The notes: generated by a model from the letters alone, not told the origin. Positions 52,333 through 60,002 are shown, numbered from the stretch's first letter. The stretch: 64,000 nt of DNA from Bacteroidaceae bacterium (GCA_017470525.1 JAFUYM010000026.1:33419-97418), one strand, 5' to 3'. Made by a program: numbers and translations.

Positions 52333-54084
52333 TTAGAGGTCCTTCGTGAATGTGATACCTGCTTGCCATTCGAGGTTGACAGAGAAGGCAACCTCCAATT
52401 GTGGAGTCTTCAAATCGGGAATCACATTGTAAGCAGCACCAAGTCCATTGCTGTTGTTGGCTCCTAATGTTCCCTTGCTAATCGTGAACAAAGCCTTCGT
52501 GATATAATCCTGTTCAAAGACTTTCTTCCGGTTATTTGGATTGGTGATTTCGTCTGTTTTCTCCAGATTAAGTACGCCAACAAGATAGAATTTGCCGCCA
52601 GCAGGAACGATACCGTCTTTGCCTGCAAAGTCTTGACCCGTATTGTTGGTCATTTCCACGGCGACATTCACTTGTTTCATGTCTTCAGCAGTTTCCAACA
52701 CCAAAGTGTGATTAGTTCCAGTGGGACCATCTACCGTTGCAGCGAAATTGCCGTTAATCACTTTATCGTAGATAGTGTATTCTTTAGATGTTGCGATGGG
52801 TGCGAACTGGAAGTTTACATTCTTTTGGTGACCGACAAGGACTGCAGAGATTGGGAAACCGTCACTGTTGACCGTCACGGCTTCACCCTTCGCATCGTAA
52901 AGCGTCTCACCGTCCGTTTGTACTTGCAAATCCAGGCGTCCTACGGCATATTGTATTTGGTTCTGCAAAGCGATAGAGCGAGTGTTACCTGTTACCTTCT
53001 GTCCCCAGTTGTAGAGATTGGCTTCTAAAATTGCCTGCCAAGTGAGACCATTGAATTGGTCGGATACTTTGTCGTTATTAGATGTACCGATTGCAGTGTT
53101 GGCGCGATAGCAAAGGGCAGCAGGGTAAGTGTAACTGTTGAGTGGAGATACGTACATGCCTTCGCGACCTCCCGTCACAATCGTGGGCTCTGTCCCCGAC
53201 CAGTCGATGGAGGCTGCACCATCTGGCAGGTTCAGGTTGGCAGGATAACCTGTCACCTTTTCGTTCACCAAGGTCACCTTATTGTCGCTACTGATGGTTG
53301 CATAAGAAATACCACCCTGTTCGATGATAGCCGCTCTTACAGCAGCAACTCCGGTTGCATCGTCTGTAATGGCACGTGCCTTGTCCCACAAGTGCTGAGT
53401 ACTTATTTCGATGCTGGCAGAAGAACCTGCCGTTGGCTGGAAAGCCACGAGATAAGCATGAAGGGTATGGTTGGTGACATTGTTTGCTACCGCGCGGATG
53501 CCCTTTACATAGTTCAATAGGGCTTCGGCACGTTCATTGACCGCACCCGAAGGATAGATGGGTTCCAAAGCGAAAGTATAGTTGGCGGCAGATTGGACAT
53601 ACTCCGTAGGAGCAATGATGGAGCCATTGTCGAATTTGTTCTCACCCGTCTTGATGGCTTGACCATATAGCATAAAGGCACCTGTGCCCACAGGAATGGC
53701 AAGGTCGTTATACACTTTGGCATTTTGCTTGCCTCCGTTATCGAAGGCTGTGAGGTTTGTCAATGTGTAAACCTTGTCTTGAAGGGGGCGGACATCAGGA
53801 TTGATGCTGGGCACAAATGTCTCGTATGGAATCAGTTTGATGTCTTGAATGCCACGGAAAACAGGAGTGACCTGTCCCTGCACCGTTGCAGTAGTCATAC
53901 GAGTATCGGTGGTGGTATGTGCATTCTCTGATAGTGAGATAGCCAGTTGTGTCTTTACCGTGTTCTCCACAGGGTCATAGTTGGGATTGTTAATGACCTC
54001 GTCCTCCGACGAACACGCTATGAATGTTGTTGTGCCTGCAAGTGCTATCGCGCTCGTCAAGGCAAATTCATAAAACTTTTTCAT
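52333..54084 (-). CDS. Mfa1-family fimbrial major-subunit-like lipoprotein (paralogue 2)
   Basis: 583 aa with lipobox FIAC|SSEDE and DTRMTTATVQGQVTPVFRGIQDIKLIPY. The C-terminus (EQDYITKALF...IPDLKTPQLEVAFSVNLEWQAG) is homologous to paralogue 1. Confidence 0.65.
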   Translation of the reverse strand: MKKFYEFALTSAIALAGTTTFIACSSEDEVINNPNYDPVENTVKTQLAISLSENAHTTTDTRMTTATVQGQVTPVFRGIQDIKLIPYETFVPSINPDVRPLQDKVYTLTNLTAFDNGGKQNAKVYNDLAIPVGTGAFMLYGQAIKTGENKFDNGSIIAPTEYVQSAANYTFALEPIYPSGAVNERAEALLNYVKGIRAVANNVTNHTLHAYLVAFQPTAGSSASIEISTQHLWDKARAITDDATGVAAVRAAIIEQGGISYATISSDNKVTLVNEKVTGYPANLNLPDGAASIDWSGTEPTIVTGGREGMYVSPLNSYTYPAALCYRANTAIGTSNNDKVSDQFNGLTWQAILEANLYNWGQKVTGNTRSIALQNQIQYAVGRLDLQVQTDGETLYDAKGEAVTVNSDGFPISAVLVGHQKNVNFQFAPIATSKEYTIYDKVINGNFAATVDGPTGTNHTLVLETAEDMKQVNVAVEMTNNTGQDFAGKDGIVPAGGKFYLVGVLNLEKTDEITNPNNRKKVFEQDYITKALFTISKGTLGANNSNGLGAAYNVIPDLKTPQLEVAFSVNLEWQAGITFTKDL

Positions 54085-54125
54085 ATATAATATAGTTTTT
54101 GAGATTTATACTTTTTATTGATTAT

Positions 54126-56000
54126 TTACTGGATGATAATCGTCTGCTTAATTCCTTGTTGCCAAGTCAAATCCACAGAAAGTCCCATTTCCAATTCTGG
54201 CGACCGAAGGTCCGGCAGTGTATTGTAGGCTTTCTCAAAATTTTTAATCTGGAAATTGGCTGTTGTGACATAGTCTTGTTTGAAGGCTTGTTTGATATTG
54301 TTCGTATTAGTGGTATTAGCGGAAGTATCTGATGGGTCTAATTCACCCACTAAATAGAACTTGGTACCAGGATAGATGATACAATTGTCCTTTCCTTTCA
54401 AAGCCTTCCCCGTGTTGTTCTTGAATTCCAAAGCAATCTTCACCTTGGCATTCTCTTCATTCCCCGTAGTACTTTCTGGAGTTTCCAACACTAAGGTGTG
54501 ATTGATTGTCGTGTTGGTGGGGTTGGCTGTAGTCAGATAAATCTCGCCATTATTATTTATGTTGCGGTCATAGAGGGTATAAAGTTTTGTTGTGTTATTG
54601 CGGATAGGTTGAAATTGATAATCAACAGGCGACTGGTTTCCGACAAGAACGCCCGTCAGTTGGAAGTTCGTGCCAATAGGCTGTACGGTTTGACCAGAAA
54701 AGTCCGGAAGGCTCCAATCTGTTGCTTGTATTGTAACGTCAAGACGTCCTACTGCATATTGTACAGGATCCACCATAATGATGGAGTGGGTGTTGCCTTT
54801 CACCTTGGTATTATCTGATTCATTATAACTGTTGACTATATTCGTCCATTCAGCATCATCCTTATATTCGCTGGCTTTTGATGTGGAAGACACTTTGATG
54901 CCGCTCAAAGCACGATAGTACAATGCAGCAGGGTAAGCATAGTCGGTGATGCCGGCGTAATTGATGTTTGTATTTTGTTTTGTCAAATCATACGAGAATT
55001 GATTATTTGAAAAAGACACGTAGGCTGCACCGTCTGGGAGTCCCATGTCAGCGGGGAAGTCACCCATTTCTGCAAATGTCAGTATGCCGTTCTCCACTTT
55101 TGTCACGAATTTACTGTTTTCTGCGTATGTAGTCTCTGTAATGGCCTTCTTAATCGCCGTAGATAATGCTTCCGGGCGATTGAGAAGGGTGGTATAGAGT
55201 TGTTGTACAGCCCCTTTGATACTTGCCCACGAACCAGCGGTGATGCTGGTGAATTGGTTGTAAAGGATTCCCAGAATGAACGCATCTGTGTCTTTCCAAG
55301 TTGTGCCGTCTGTTGTTTTTGCGGTGGCAATGGCTGTCAAGTAGTTGGCGATGTAAGTGCCATTGTTGGTTACTGTAGTAGCACTTGAGATGGGTTGTGG
55401 CGAAAAAGTAATGGCACCAAGAGTATTATCGTCACTACTTCCCAATGATGGAACAAGCGTTCCTTCAGCAAAATTGTTTTCGGTGCTTTGGCGAAGGGCT
55501 TGACCATAGAACATAAAGGTCTCTGCGCCAATCGGAATCTCTAAGTTCTGATAAAGGTGAGACTTGCTTGTATTGTATAGAGCACTATTATTATATGTGT
55601 TGTTTGTAAGTACATCCCCATCAATGATATTGGCAGAAGTTCCACTTGCTCCCACCTTTCCCACAGTACCACCTGCAAATGAGATGACTGAAGGAATGGC
55701 AATAGCTCCAGCAGATGTTCCTGTAAGAGTCGTTTCTGCCTCCTTAAAAGCATACAACTTCATATCTTGTATGCCACGAAAAACCGGAGTGGTTTGTCCC
55801 TGCACCGTTGCGGTGGTCATACGGGTTGTTCCTGCTATGTTATTGGGGAACGAAATGGTGAACTCAGCCTTCACGACACCCAGGGAACCTTCGGGGTTTA
55901 GTTCTTCGTCTTCGCTGCTGGAACAAGCAGTGAAGAGCATGGCGATGAACAATGCGGCAAAGTAGGGCACTGTCTTCACATTCATTAAACTTGTTTTCAT
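54126..56000 (-). CDS. Mfa1-family fimbrial major-subunit-like lipoprotein (paralogue 1)
   Basis: 624 aa with lipobox LFTAC|SSSEDE, GTTRMTTATVQGQTTPVFRGIQDMKLYAF and the C-terminal KQDYVTTANF...LPDLRSPELEMGLSVDLTWQQG. Confidence 0.65.
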   Translation of the reverse strand: MKTSLMNVKTVPYFAALFIAMLFTACSSSEDEELNPEGSLGVVKAEFTISFPNNIAGTTRMTTATVQGQTTPVFRGIQDMKLYAFKEAETTLTGTSAGAIAIPSVISFAGGTVGKVGASGTSANIIDGDVLTNNTYNNSALYNTSKSHLYQNLEIPIGAETFMFYGQALRQSTENNFAEGTLVPSLGSSDDNTLGAITFSPQPISSATTVTNNGTYIANYLTAIATAKTTDGTTWKDTDAFILGILYNQFTSITAGSWASIKGAVQQLYTTLLNRPEALSTAIKKAITETTYAENSKFVTKVENGILTFAEMGDFPADMGLPDGAAYVSFSNNQFSYDLTKQNTNINYAGITDYAYPAALYYRALSGIKVSSTSKASEYKDDAEWTNIVNSYNESDNTKVKGNTHSIIMVDPVQYAVGRLDVTIQATDWSLPDFSGQTVQPIGTNFQLTGVLVGNQSPVDYQFQPIRNNTTKLYTLYDRNINNNGEIYLTTANPTNTTINHTLVLETPESTTGNEENAKVKIALEFKNNTGKALKGKDNCIIYPGTKFYLVGELDPSDTSANTTNTNNIKQAFKQDYVTTANFQIKNFEKAYNTLPDLRSPELEMGLSVDLTWQQGIKQTIIIQ

Positions 56001-56041
56001 TTTCTTATTGTTTTATGTGTTAATATATTGCTCTTGTTGGT

Positions 56042-57580
56042 TTATTTTTCCAGTTCTCGGAGGTTCCGCTGTGCATCGGCATTTCCGTTGGCTGCAGCAC
56101 GGCGGAAGCATTGCATGGCTTGCTCTTTCTGACCAGTCATGTAGAGTGCCACACCGAGCGCGTTTTGGGCGCGTTCGTCGGTGCTCACGGTCTTGAGCAA
56201 GGTGAGGGCTTCCTGATAGTGTTCCTGCCCGATGAGTTCGGAGGCTTGATTGATGATTTCTGCCTGACGGTCGGGCACACGGTCGAAGTAGATGCGCAGA
56301 TAGCCGGAGTTGCGCTGTTGTGGCAACAGATTCTCAAAGATGTAGCGGAAGGTGTTGCCGCCATTGAGTTGGCGCAAACGCTGTTCGCGGCGGGTCAAAT
56401 CTGGCTCGCTGTCGATGAGGGCGATTGCCTCACGCAATGCTGCCGCATGAGCAGGAGACACTTCGGTGTCGTGGATGGCGTCGTTGATTTGGTCGCGCAG
56501 TTCTGTCCAGGCTTCGCCGCCATTGGCGAGTTCGTAGATGGAGTCAGGGGTGCTGACATGTTGCTGGATGTAGCGTTTCAGTGCCTCTGCACGGTTGGCT
56601 GCCAATGTCTCATTGCCCTTCACGGCACCTTCGATGCTTGCCAAACCTATGATTTGAATGAGGCGCACATTGCTGGCGGTGTCAGCCACAATCTGTTGGG
56701 TAATGTCGATGATGCGGTCGAGCGTGGCTGCATTGTCGCGATAGTCGTGTTGCAGGTCGGAACTGCCCAAGGGGAAGTGTACAAACAGGGCACCTTTCTC
56801 CTTGCGCAAGATGCGGGTTTGGTCGTAAGGAATGTAATCCTTGTATTCAGCCAACACGGGGTTGTCTGCCAGCAGGCGGTCGCTGACCGTAGCAGGTCGG
56901 ACGCGCGAAACTGCCAGCACGGGCTCTTCGGGTGTTGGCGGTTCGACGGGTTCCACAATGGGCGGAGGAACAATGGGCTGCTCCTTCTTCTTATGGTCAA
57001 GCACCAGGTTCACAGCCAGTTTCGGCACGAGGAACGGTTTGTCGTCGCGCCCCAAGTAGGCGCCGCAGTGCGGGCAGTCATACTTCTTTGCCCACGCGTA
57101 GCCAATGCCCACACCCAGTTCTGCCTCGAGGCGGAACCAACTGTTGAGTCGCCACGTCCTGCCATAGAAGGCTCCGATGGCGGCGAGGTCGCCTTGCAGT
57201 CGATGGTCGCGAACGGATTTATACATGCCCAGAGGGAATTTCACGCCCCCCACGTTGTAATGGCTATAGATGAGGTTCAAGCCCCAGTATGTGCGGTGGA
57301 AAACACTGTCGTTCCAGTGGCGCAGTTCGGGTGCCAGCAGCAGGTGTCTCCACTTCTTCTCCTTGTTGTCGTCGGTGGGCCAAGGGCGATAGCCGGCATT
57401 CATGCCCCATGTCCAGTGAGGCGAAATGCGCATGTCGAACCCCAGATTGGGAGTGCCCGAAAGGTCATAGCACAGGTTATTGCGGACAGCAATGTGTTGC
57501 TGTCCTAACGCCTTCTGACCCGCTCCCAATAACAGGAGCAACAAGGCAAATTTCCCAATGATTCCCAATCGTTTATACAA
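56042..57580 (-). CDS. DUF3575-like outer-membrane domain + OmpA-like/TPR C-terminal region protein (first gene of pilus operon)
   Basis: 512 aa with a TTG start. The signal peptide ends ALG|QQH. The N-terminus (NNLCYDLSGTPNLGFDMRISPHWTWGMNAGYRPW...YWGLNLIYSHYNVGG) looks DUF3575-like. The C-terminal IIGLASIEGAVKGNETLAANRAEALKRYI is an OmpA-like motif, followed by a TPR-like end. Confidence 0.6.
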   Translation of the reverse strand: MYKRLGIIGKFALLLLLLGAGQKALGQQHIAVRNNLCYDLSGTPNLGFDMRISPHWTWGMNAGYRPWPTDDNKEKKWRHLLLAPELRHWNDSVFHRTYWGLNLIYSHYNVGGVKFPLGMYKSVRDHRLQGDLAAIGAFYGRTWRLNSWFRLEAELGVGIGYAWAKKYDCPHCGAYLGRDDKPFLVPKLAVNLVLDHKKKEQPIVPPPIVEPVEPPTPEEPVLAVSRVRPATVSDRLLADNPVLAEYKDYIPYDQTRILRKEKGALFVHFPLGSSDLQHDYRDNAATLDRIIDITQQIVADTASNVRLIQIIGLASIEGAVKGNETLAANRAEALKRYIQQHVSTPDSIYELANGGEAWTELRDQINDAIHDTEVSPAHAAALREAIALIDSEPDLTRREQRLRQLNGGNTFRYIFENLLPQQRNSGYLRIYFDRVPDRQAEIINQASELIGQEHYQEALTLLKTVSTDERAQNALGVALYMTGQKEQAMQCFRRAAANGNADAQRNLRELEK

Positions 57581-57634
57581 AATAAAATTCTCCTTTTTTA
57601 TTTAAAATTCTATTTTTCTCATTAGAAAATTTTA

Positions 57635-57642
57635 CAAATATA
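57635..57642 (-). promoter_or_regulatory. -7 promoter box TATATTTG for the pilus operon
   Basis: The reverse complement of CAAATATA matches TAnnTTTG and lies 54 nt upstream of the TTG start at 57580. An A8 run (T8 on the plus strand, 57645-57652) lies immediately upstream, in the -33/-7 spacer. Confidence 0.45.
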
Positions 57643-57684
57643 GGTTTTTTTTAACAACTCGCTATAGCGAAAACCTACAAATTA

Positions 57685-57693
57685 CCCCCCCCC
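57685..57693. repeat. Homopolymeric C9/G9 tract upstream of the pilus operon promoter
   Basis: ATTACCCCCCCCCGTT contains nine consecutive C. The tract lies ~45 nt upstream of the candidate -7 box on the operon strand. Confidence 0.9.
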
Positions 57694-57874
57694 GTTAACA
57701 AAATTTAACTCTTTTTGACCCAAACAGCCTATTTTGTAGGTGGGGAAATGGCAAGATCACTCAAAAAGTGTTGTGTAAGGGAATCTGTTTTTTGATTGGG
57801 GAAAACCTCCACCGTTTAGGGATTTCACGTTTTCTTTTAGGAGAAACGTTCATGGCGGGCAGCAAGAAAGCCCG

Positions 57875-57882
57875 TAACTTTG
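57875..57882 (+). promoter_or_regulatory. -7 promoter box TAACTTTG for the small lipoprotein gene
   Basis: It matches TAnnTTTG and lies 101 nt upstream of the ATG at 57984. Confidence 0.4.
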
Positions 57883-57983
57883 CACTAGAAACAAAAAACG
57901 ACGGGAGCCGTCCGAGCAGAATGTGACAGACCTCCTGGCGGAACAAACAAATCGTTTAACGACTTAAAAAAGTAGAAAGCCTT

Positions 57984-58139
57984 ATGAAAAAGATGATTTT
58001 CCTTCTTGCAGTGATTCTTGGTTCACTTCTGATGCAATCTTGCATTTGCGAACACGATTTTTGGGGACCTGGTGTCGTTTATGGCCATCCTGCACCTCCT
58101 CCGCCCCCTCCCCCTCATCGCCACGTTTATGTTTGGTAA
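57984..58139 (+). CDS. Small proline-rich lipoprotein (51 aa, hypothetical)
   Basis: It is not in the ORF track because it is under 60 aa: MKKMIFLLAVILGSLLMQSC|ICEHDFWGPGVVYGHPAPPPPPPPHRHVYVW. It has a lipobox, an upstream TAnnTTTG box and a REP-like hairpin array directly downstream. Confidence 0.5.
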   Translation: MKKMIFLLAVILGSLLMQSCICEHDFWGPGVVYGHPAPPPPPPPHRHVYVW

Positions 58140-58165
58140 AGTGATGAAGAATACTCTTTTCCACA

Positions 58166-58270
58166 CCCCCTGAAGGGGAGTGACTCTCACCCCTTAAAGG
58201 GTAAGACTCTCTCCCTTCAAAGGGTAAGACTCTCTCCCTTCAAAGGGTAAGACTCTCTCCCCTTTAGGGG
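58166..58270 (+). repeat. REP-like tandem hairpin array (probable terminator), inverted copy of 27391-27469
   Basis: CCCCTGAAGGGGAGTGACTCTCACCCCTTAAAGGGTAAGACTCTCTCCCTTCAAAGGGTAAGACTCTCTCCCTTCAAAGGGTAAGACTCTCTCCCCTTTAGGGG. The units are ~22-23 nt, each able to form CCCTT-loop-AAGGG-centred stems. Confidence 0.85.
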
Positions 58271-58433
58271 TGCTGAAAGAACGTTTGTCAGCCATCAATG
58301 CAAAAACACAATTAGGATTATACAACATAGATATTGGTTAGTTTATTTAGTCGATAGCCTCGAAGCCGTGATGGTTTTGAGGCTATTTTACAAATTACCA
58401 CATTATTTATAATGGAATGTCAAAAAAAAGATG

Positions 58434-58441
58434 TACCTTTG
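58434..58441 (+). promoter_or_regulatory. -7 promoter box TACCTTTG for aroQ
   Basis: It matches TAnnTTTG and lies 22 nt upstream of the Met at 58464. This argues against the longer listed ORF start at 58431. Confidence 0.5.
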
Positions 58442-58463
58442 CAACGAACTAAATGAAGAAGCA

Positions 58464-58892
58464 ATGAAGATTCTGATTTTGAATGGCCCCAATCTGAACT
58501 TGCTGGGCAAGCGTGAGCCAGGCATTTACGGGTCGCGCGGTTTTGAGGATTATCTGGAAGAACTTCGGCAGAAGTTTCCCGAGGTGGAACTGGCATATTT
58601 CCAGTCGAACGTGGAAGGTGAACTCATCAACAAGATTCATGAGGTGGGCTTCGATTGGGACGGGATTGTGCTGAATGCAGGTGCTTACACACACACGAGC
58701 ATCGCGCTTCAGGATGCGATTCGTGGGGTGAAGACCCCCGTGGTGGAGGTGCATATCTCCAACGTGCATCAGCGCGAGGAGTTCCGTCATCACTCCATGA
58801 TTAGTTGTGCCTGCGTGGGTGTGATTTGTGGCTTCGGATTGGACAGTTATCGGCTGGCGGTGGAGGCGTTGAGGCGCAATGAAGGAAAGTGA
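58464..58892 (+). CDS. aroQ: Type II 3-dehydroquinate dehydratase
   Basis: MKILILNGPNLNLLGKREPGIYG...NAGAYTHTSIALQDAI...VEVHISNVHQREEFRHHS. Confidence 0.93.
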   Translation: MKILILNGPNLNLLGKREPGIYGSRGFEDYLEELRQKFPEVELAYFQSNVEGELINKIHEVGFDWDGIVLNAGAYTHTSIALQDAIRGVKTPVVEVHISNVHQREEFRHHSMISCACVGVICGFGLDSYRLAVEALRRNEGK

Positions 58893-59532
58893 AAAGATAG
58901 ACGAATATATCCTCCAGCACATTGACCAGGAGAGCGACTATATGCATCGGCTGTGGCGGGCGACCCAGTTGCACCTGCTCTATGGGCGGATGGCGAGCGG
59001 TCACTTGCAGGGGCGGTTGCTCAAGATGCTGGTGGGGATGGTGAAGCCAAAGTTGGTGCTGGAGATAGGGACCTACTCGGGCTATTCGGGGTTGTGCATT
59101 GCCGAAGGCTTGCCTGATGGCAGCCATCTGCACACGGTGGAGATTAACGATGAGCAGGAAGACTTCACGCTGCCTTGGTTTCAGGGTTCACCCTATGCCG
59201 ACAGAATCACCATGCACATCGGTGATGCGATGGAGGTGGTGCCCCGACTGGGCTTGCAGTTCGACATGGCGTTCATCGATGCCGACAAGCGCAGATATGT
59301 GGAGTATTATGAGATGGTGATGAAGCACCTGAATGTGGGGGGCTACATCTTGGCAGACAACACGCTGTGGGACGGGCATGTGGTGGAAGAGGATACGCAC
59401 GATGCGCAGACACTTGGCATCCGGGCGTTCAACGACCATGTGGCGGAGGACGAGCGGGTGGAGAAAGTGATTCTGCCGTTACGGGACGGATTGACGATTA
59501 TAAAAAAGGTGAAAGTGAAAAATGAAAAGTGA
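58879..59532 (+). CDS. Class I SAM-dependent O-methyltransferase (caffeoyl-CoA OMT-like family)
   Basis: VLEIGTYSGYSGLCIAEGL, MAFIDADKRRYVEYYE and GGYILADNTLWDGHV are present. The C-terminal KKVKVKNEK is encoded by GTGAAAA-type heptad repeats. Confidence 0.8.
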   Translation: MKESEKIDEYILQHIDQESDYMHRLWRATQLHLLYGRMASGHLQGRLLKMLVGMVKPKLVLEIGTYSGYSGLCIAEGLPDGSHLHTVEINDEQEDFTLPWFQGSPYADRITMHIGDAMEVVPRLGLQFDMAFIDADKRRYVEYYEMVMKHLNVGGYILADNTLWDGHVVEEDTHDAQTLGIRAFNDHVAEDERVEKVILPLRDGLTIIKKVKVKNEK

Positions 59533-59542
59533 AAAATGAGAA

Positions 59543-59623
59543 GTGAAAAGTGAAAAATTTGCTACCGCGAGAGTTTGCCACCTGTTGCCGCACAAGTGCG
59601 GTAGCAAATTTTTCACTTTTCAT
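59543..59623. terminator. Long hairpin (26-bp arms, 25/26 paired) after the O-methyltransferase gene
   Basis: GTGAAAAGTGAAAAATTTGCTACCGC (59543-59568) pairs with GCGGTAGCAAATTTTTCACTTTTCAT (59598-59623). T-rich tracts follow. Confidence 0.6.
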
Positions 59624-59653
59624 TCATCACTTTTCACTTGATAGGAATAGATT

Positions 59654-59989
59654 ATGGAAACAACAAGACAGAATAAGATTGCGCGCCTGATTCAGAAAGA
59701 CTTGAGCAACATCTTTCAGGCGCAGACGAGGCAGACGAGAAATCTGCTGGTGAGTGTGAGCGTGGTGAGGGTAAGCCCCGACTTGAGTGTGGCGAAAGCC
59801 TATCTGAGCATCTTCCCCTCGGAAAGGGCGCAGGAGGTGTTGCAGAACATCAACAGCCATGCTTCCGAAGTGCGCTATGAATTGGGCAAGTTGGAACGCC
59901 ACCAGTTGCGCATCATCCCCGAACTGAAATTCTTTCTGGATGATTCGCTGGATTATGTGGAGCACATTGATGAGTTGCTGAACAAGTAG
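59654..59989 (+). CDS. rbfA: Ribosome-binding factor A
   Basis: 111 aa: RQNKIARLIQKDLSNIF...VSVSVVRVSPDLSVAKAYLSIFP...LRIIPELKFFLDDSL. Confidence 0.85.
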   Translation: METTRQNKIARLIQKDLSNIFQAQTRQTRNLLVSVSVVRVSPDLSVAKAYLSIFPSERAQEVLQNINSHASEVRYELGKLERHQLRIIPELKFFLDDSLDYVEHIDELLNK

Positions 59990-60002
59990 GGAGGTTTTTC
60001 TG

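Noticed and set aside
56111-57508. A 465-aa plus-strand ORF opposite the DUF3575/OmpA-like gene. Similar antisense ORFs occur at 1855..3045, 10319..11158, 12335..13132, 18848..19624, 21494..22303 and 61531..62436.
   Set aside because: Each overlaps a well-supported gene on the other strand and lacks any family signature.
57673-57741. Invertible-promoter (fimbrial switch) signature upstream of the pilus operon.
   Set aside because: Only a 9-bp inverted repeat (ACCTACAAA / TTTGTAGGT) flanks ~50 bp. That is too short to be significant in a 64-kb window, and no site-specific recombinase gene is nearby.
58166-58270. Possible CRISPR array, because of short tandem repeats.
   Set aside because: The units are contiguous with no unique spacers, there are only 4-5 units of ~22 nt, and no cas genes are present. 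The array behaves like a REP-type hairpin array.
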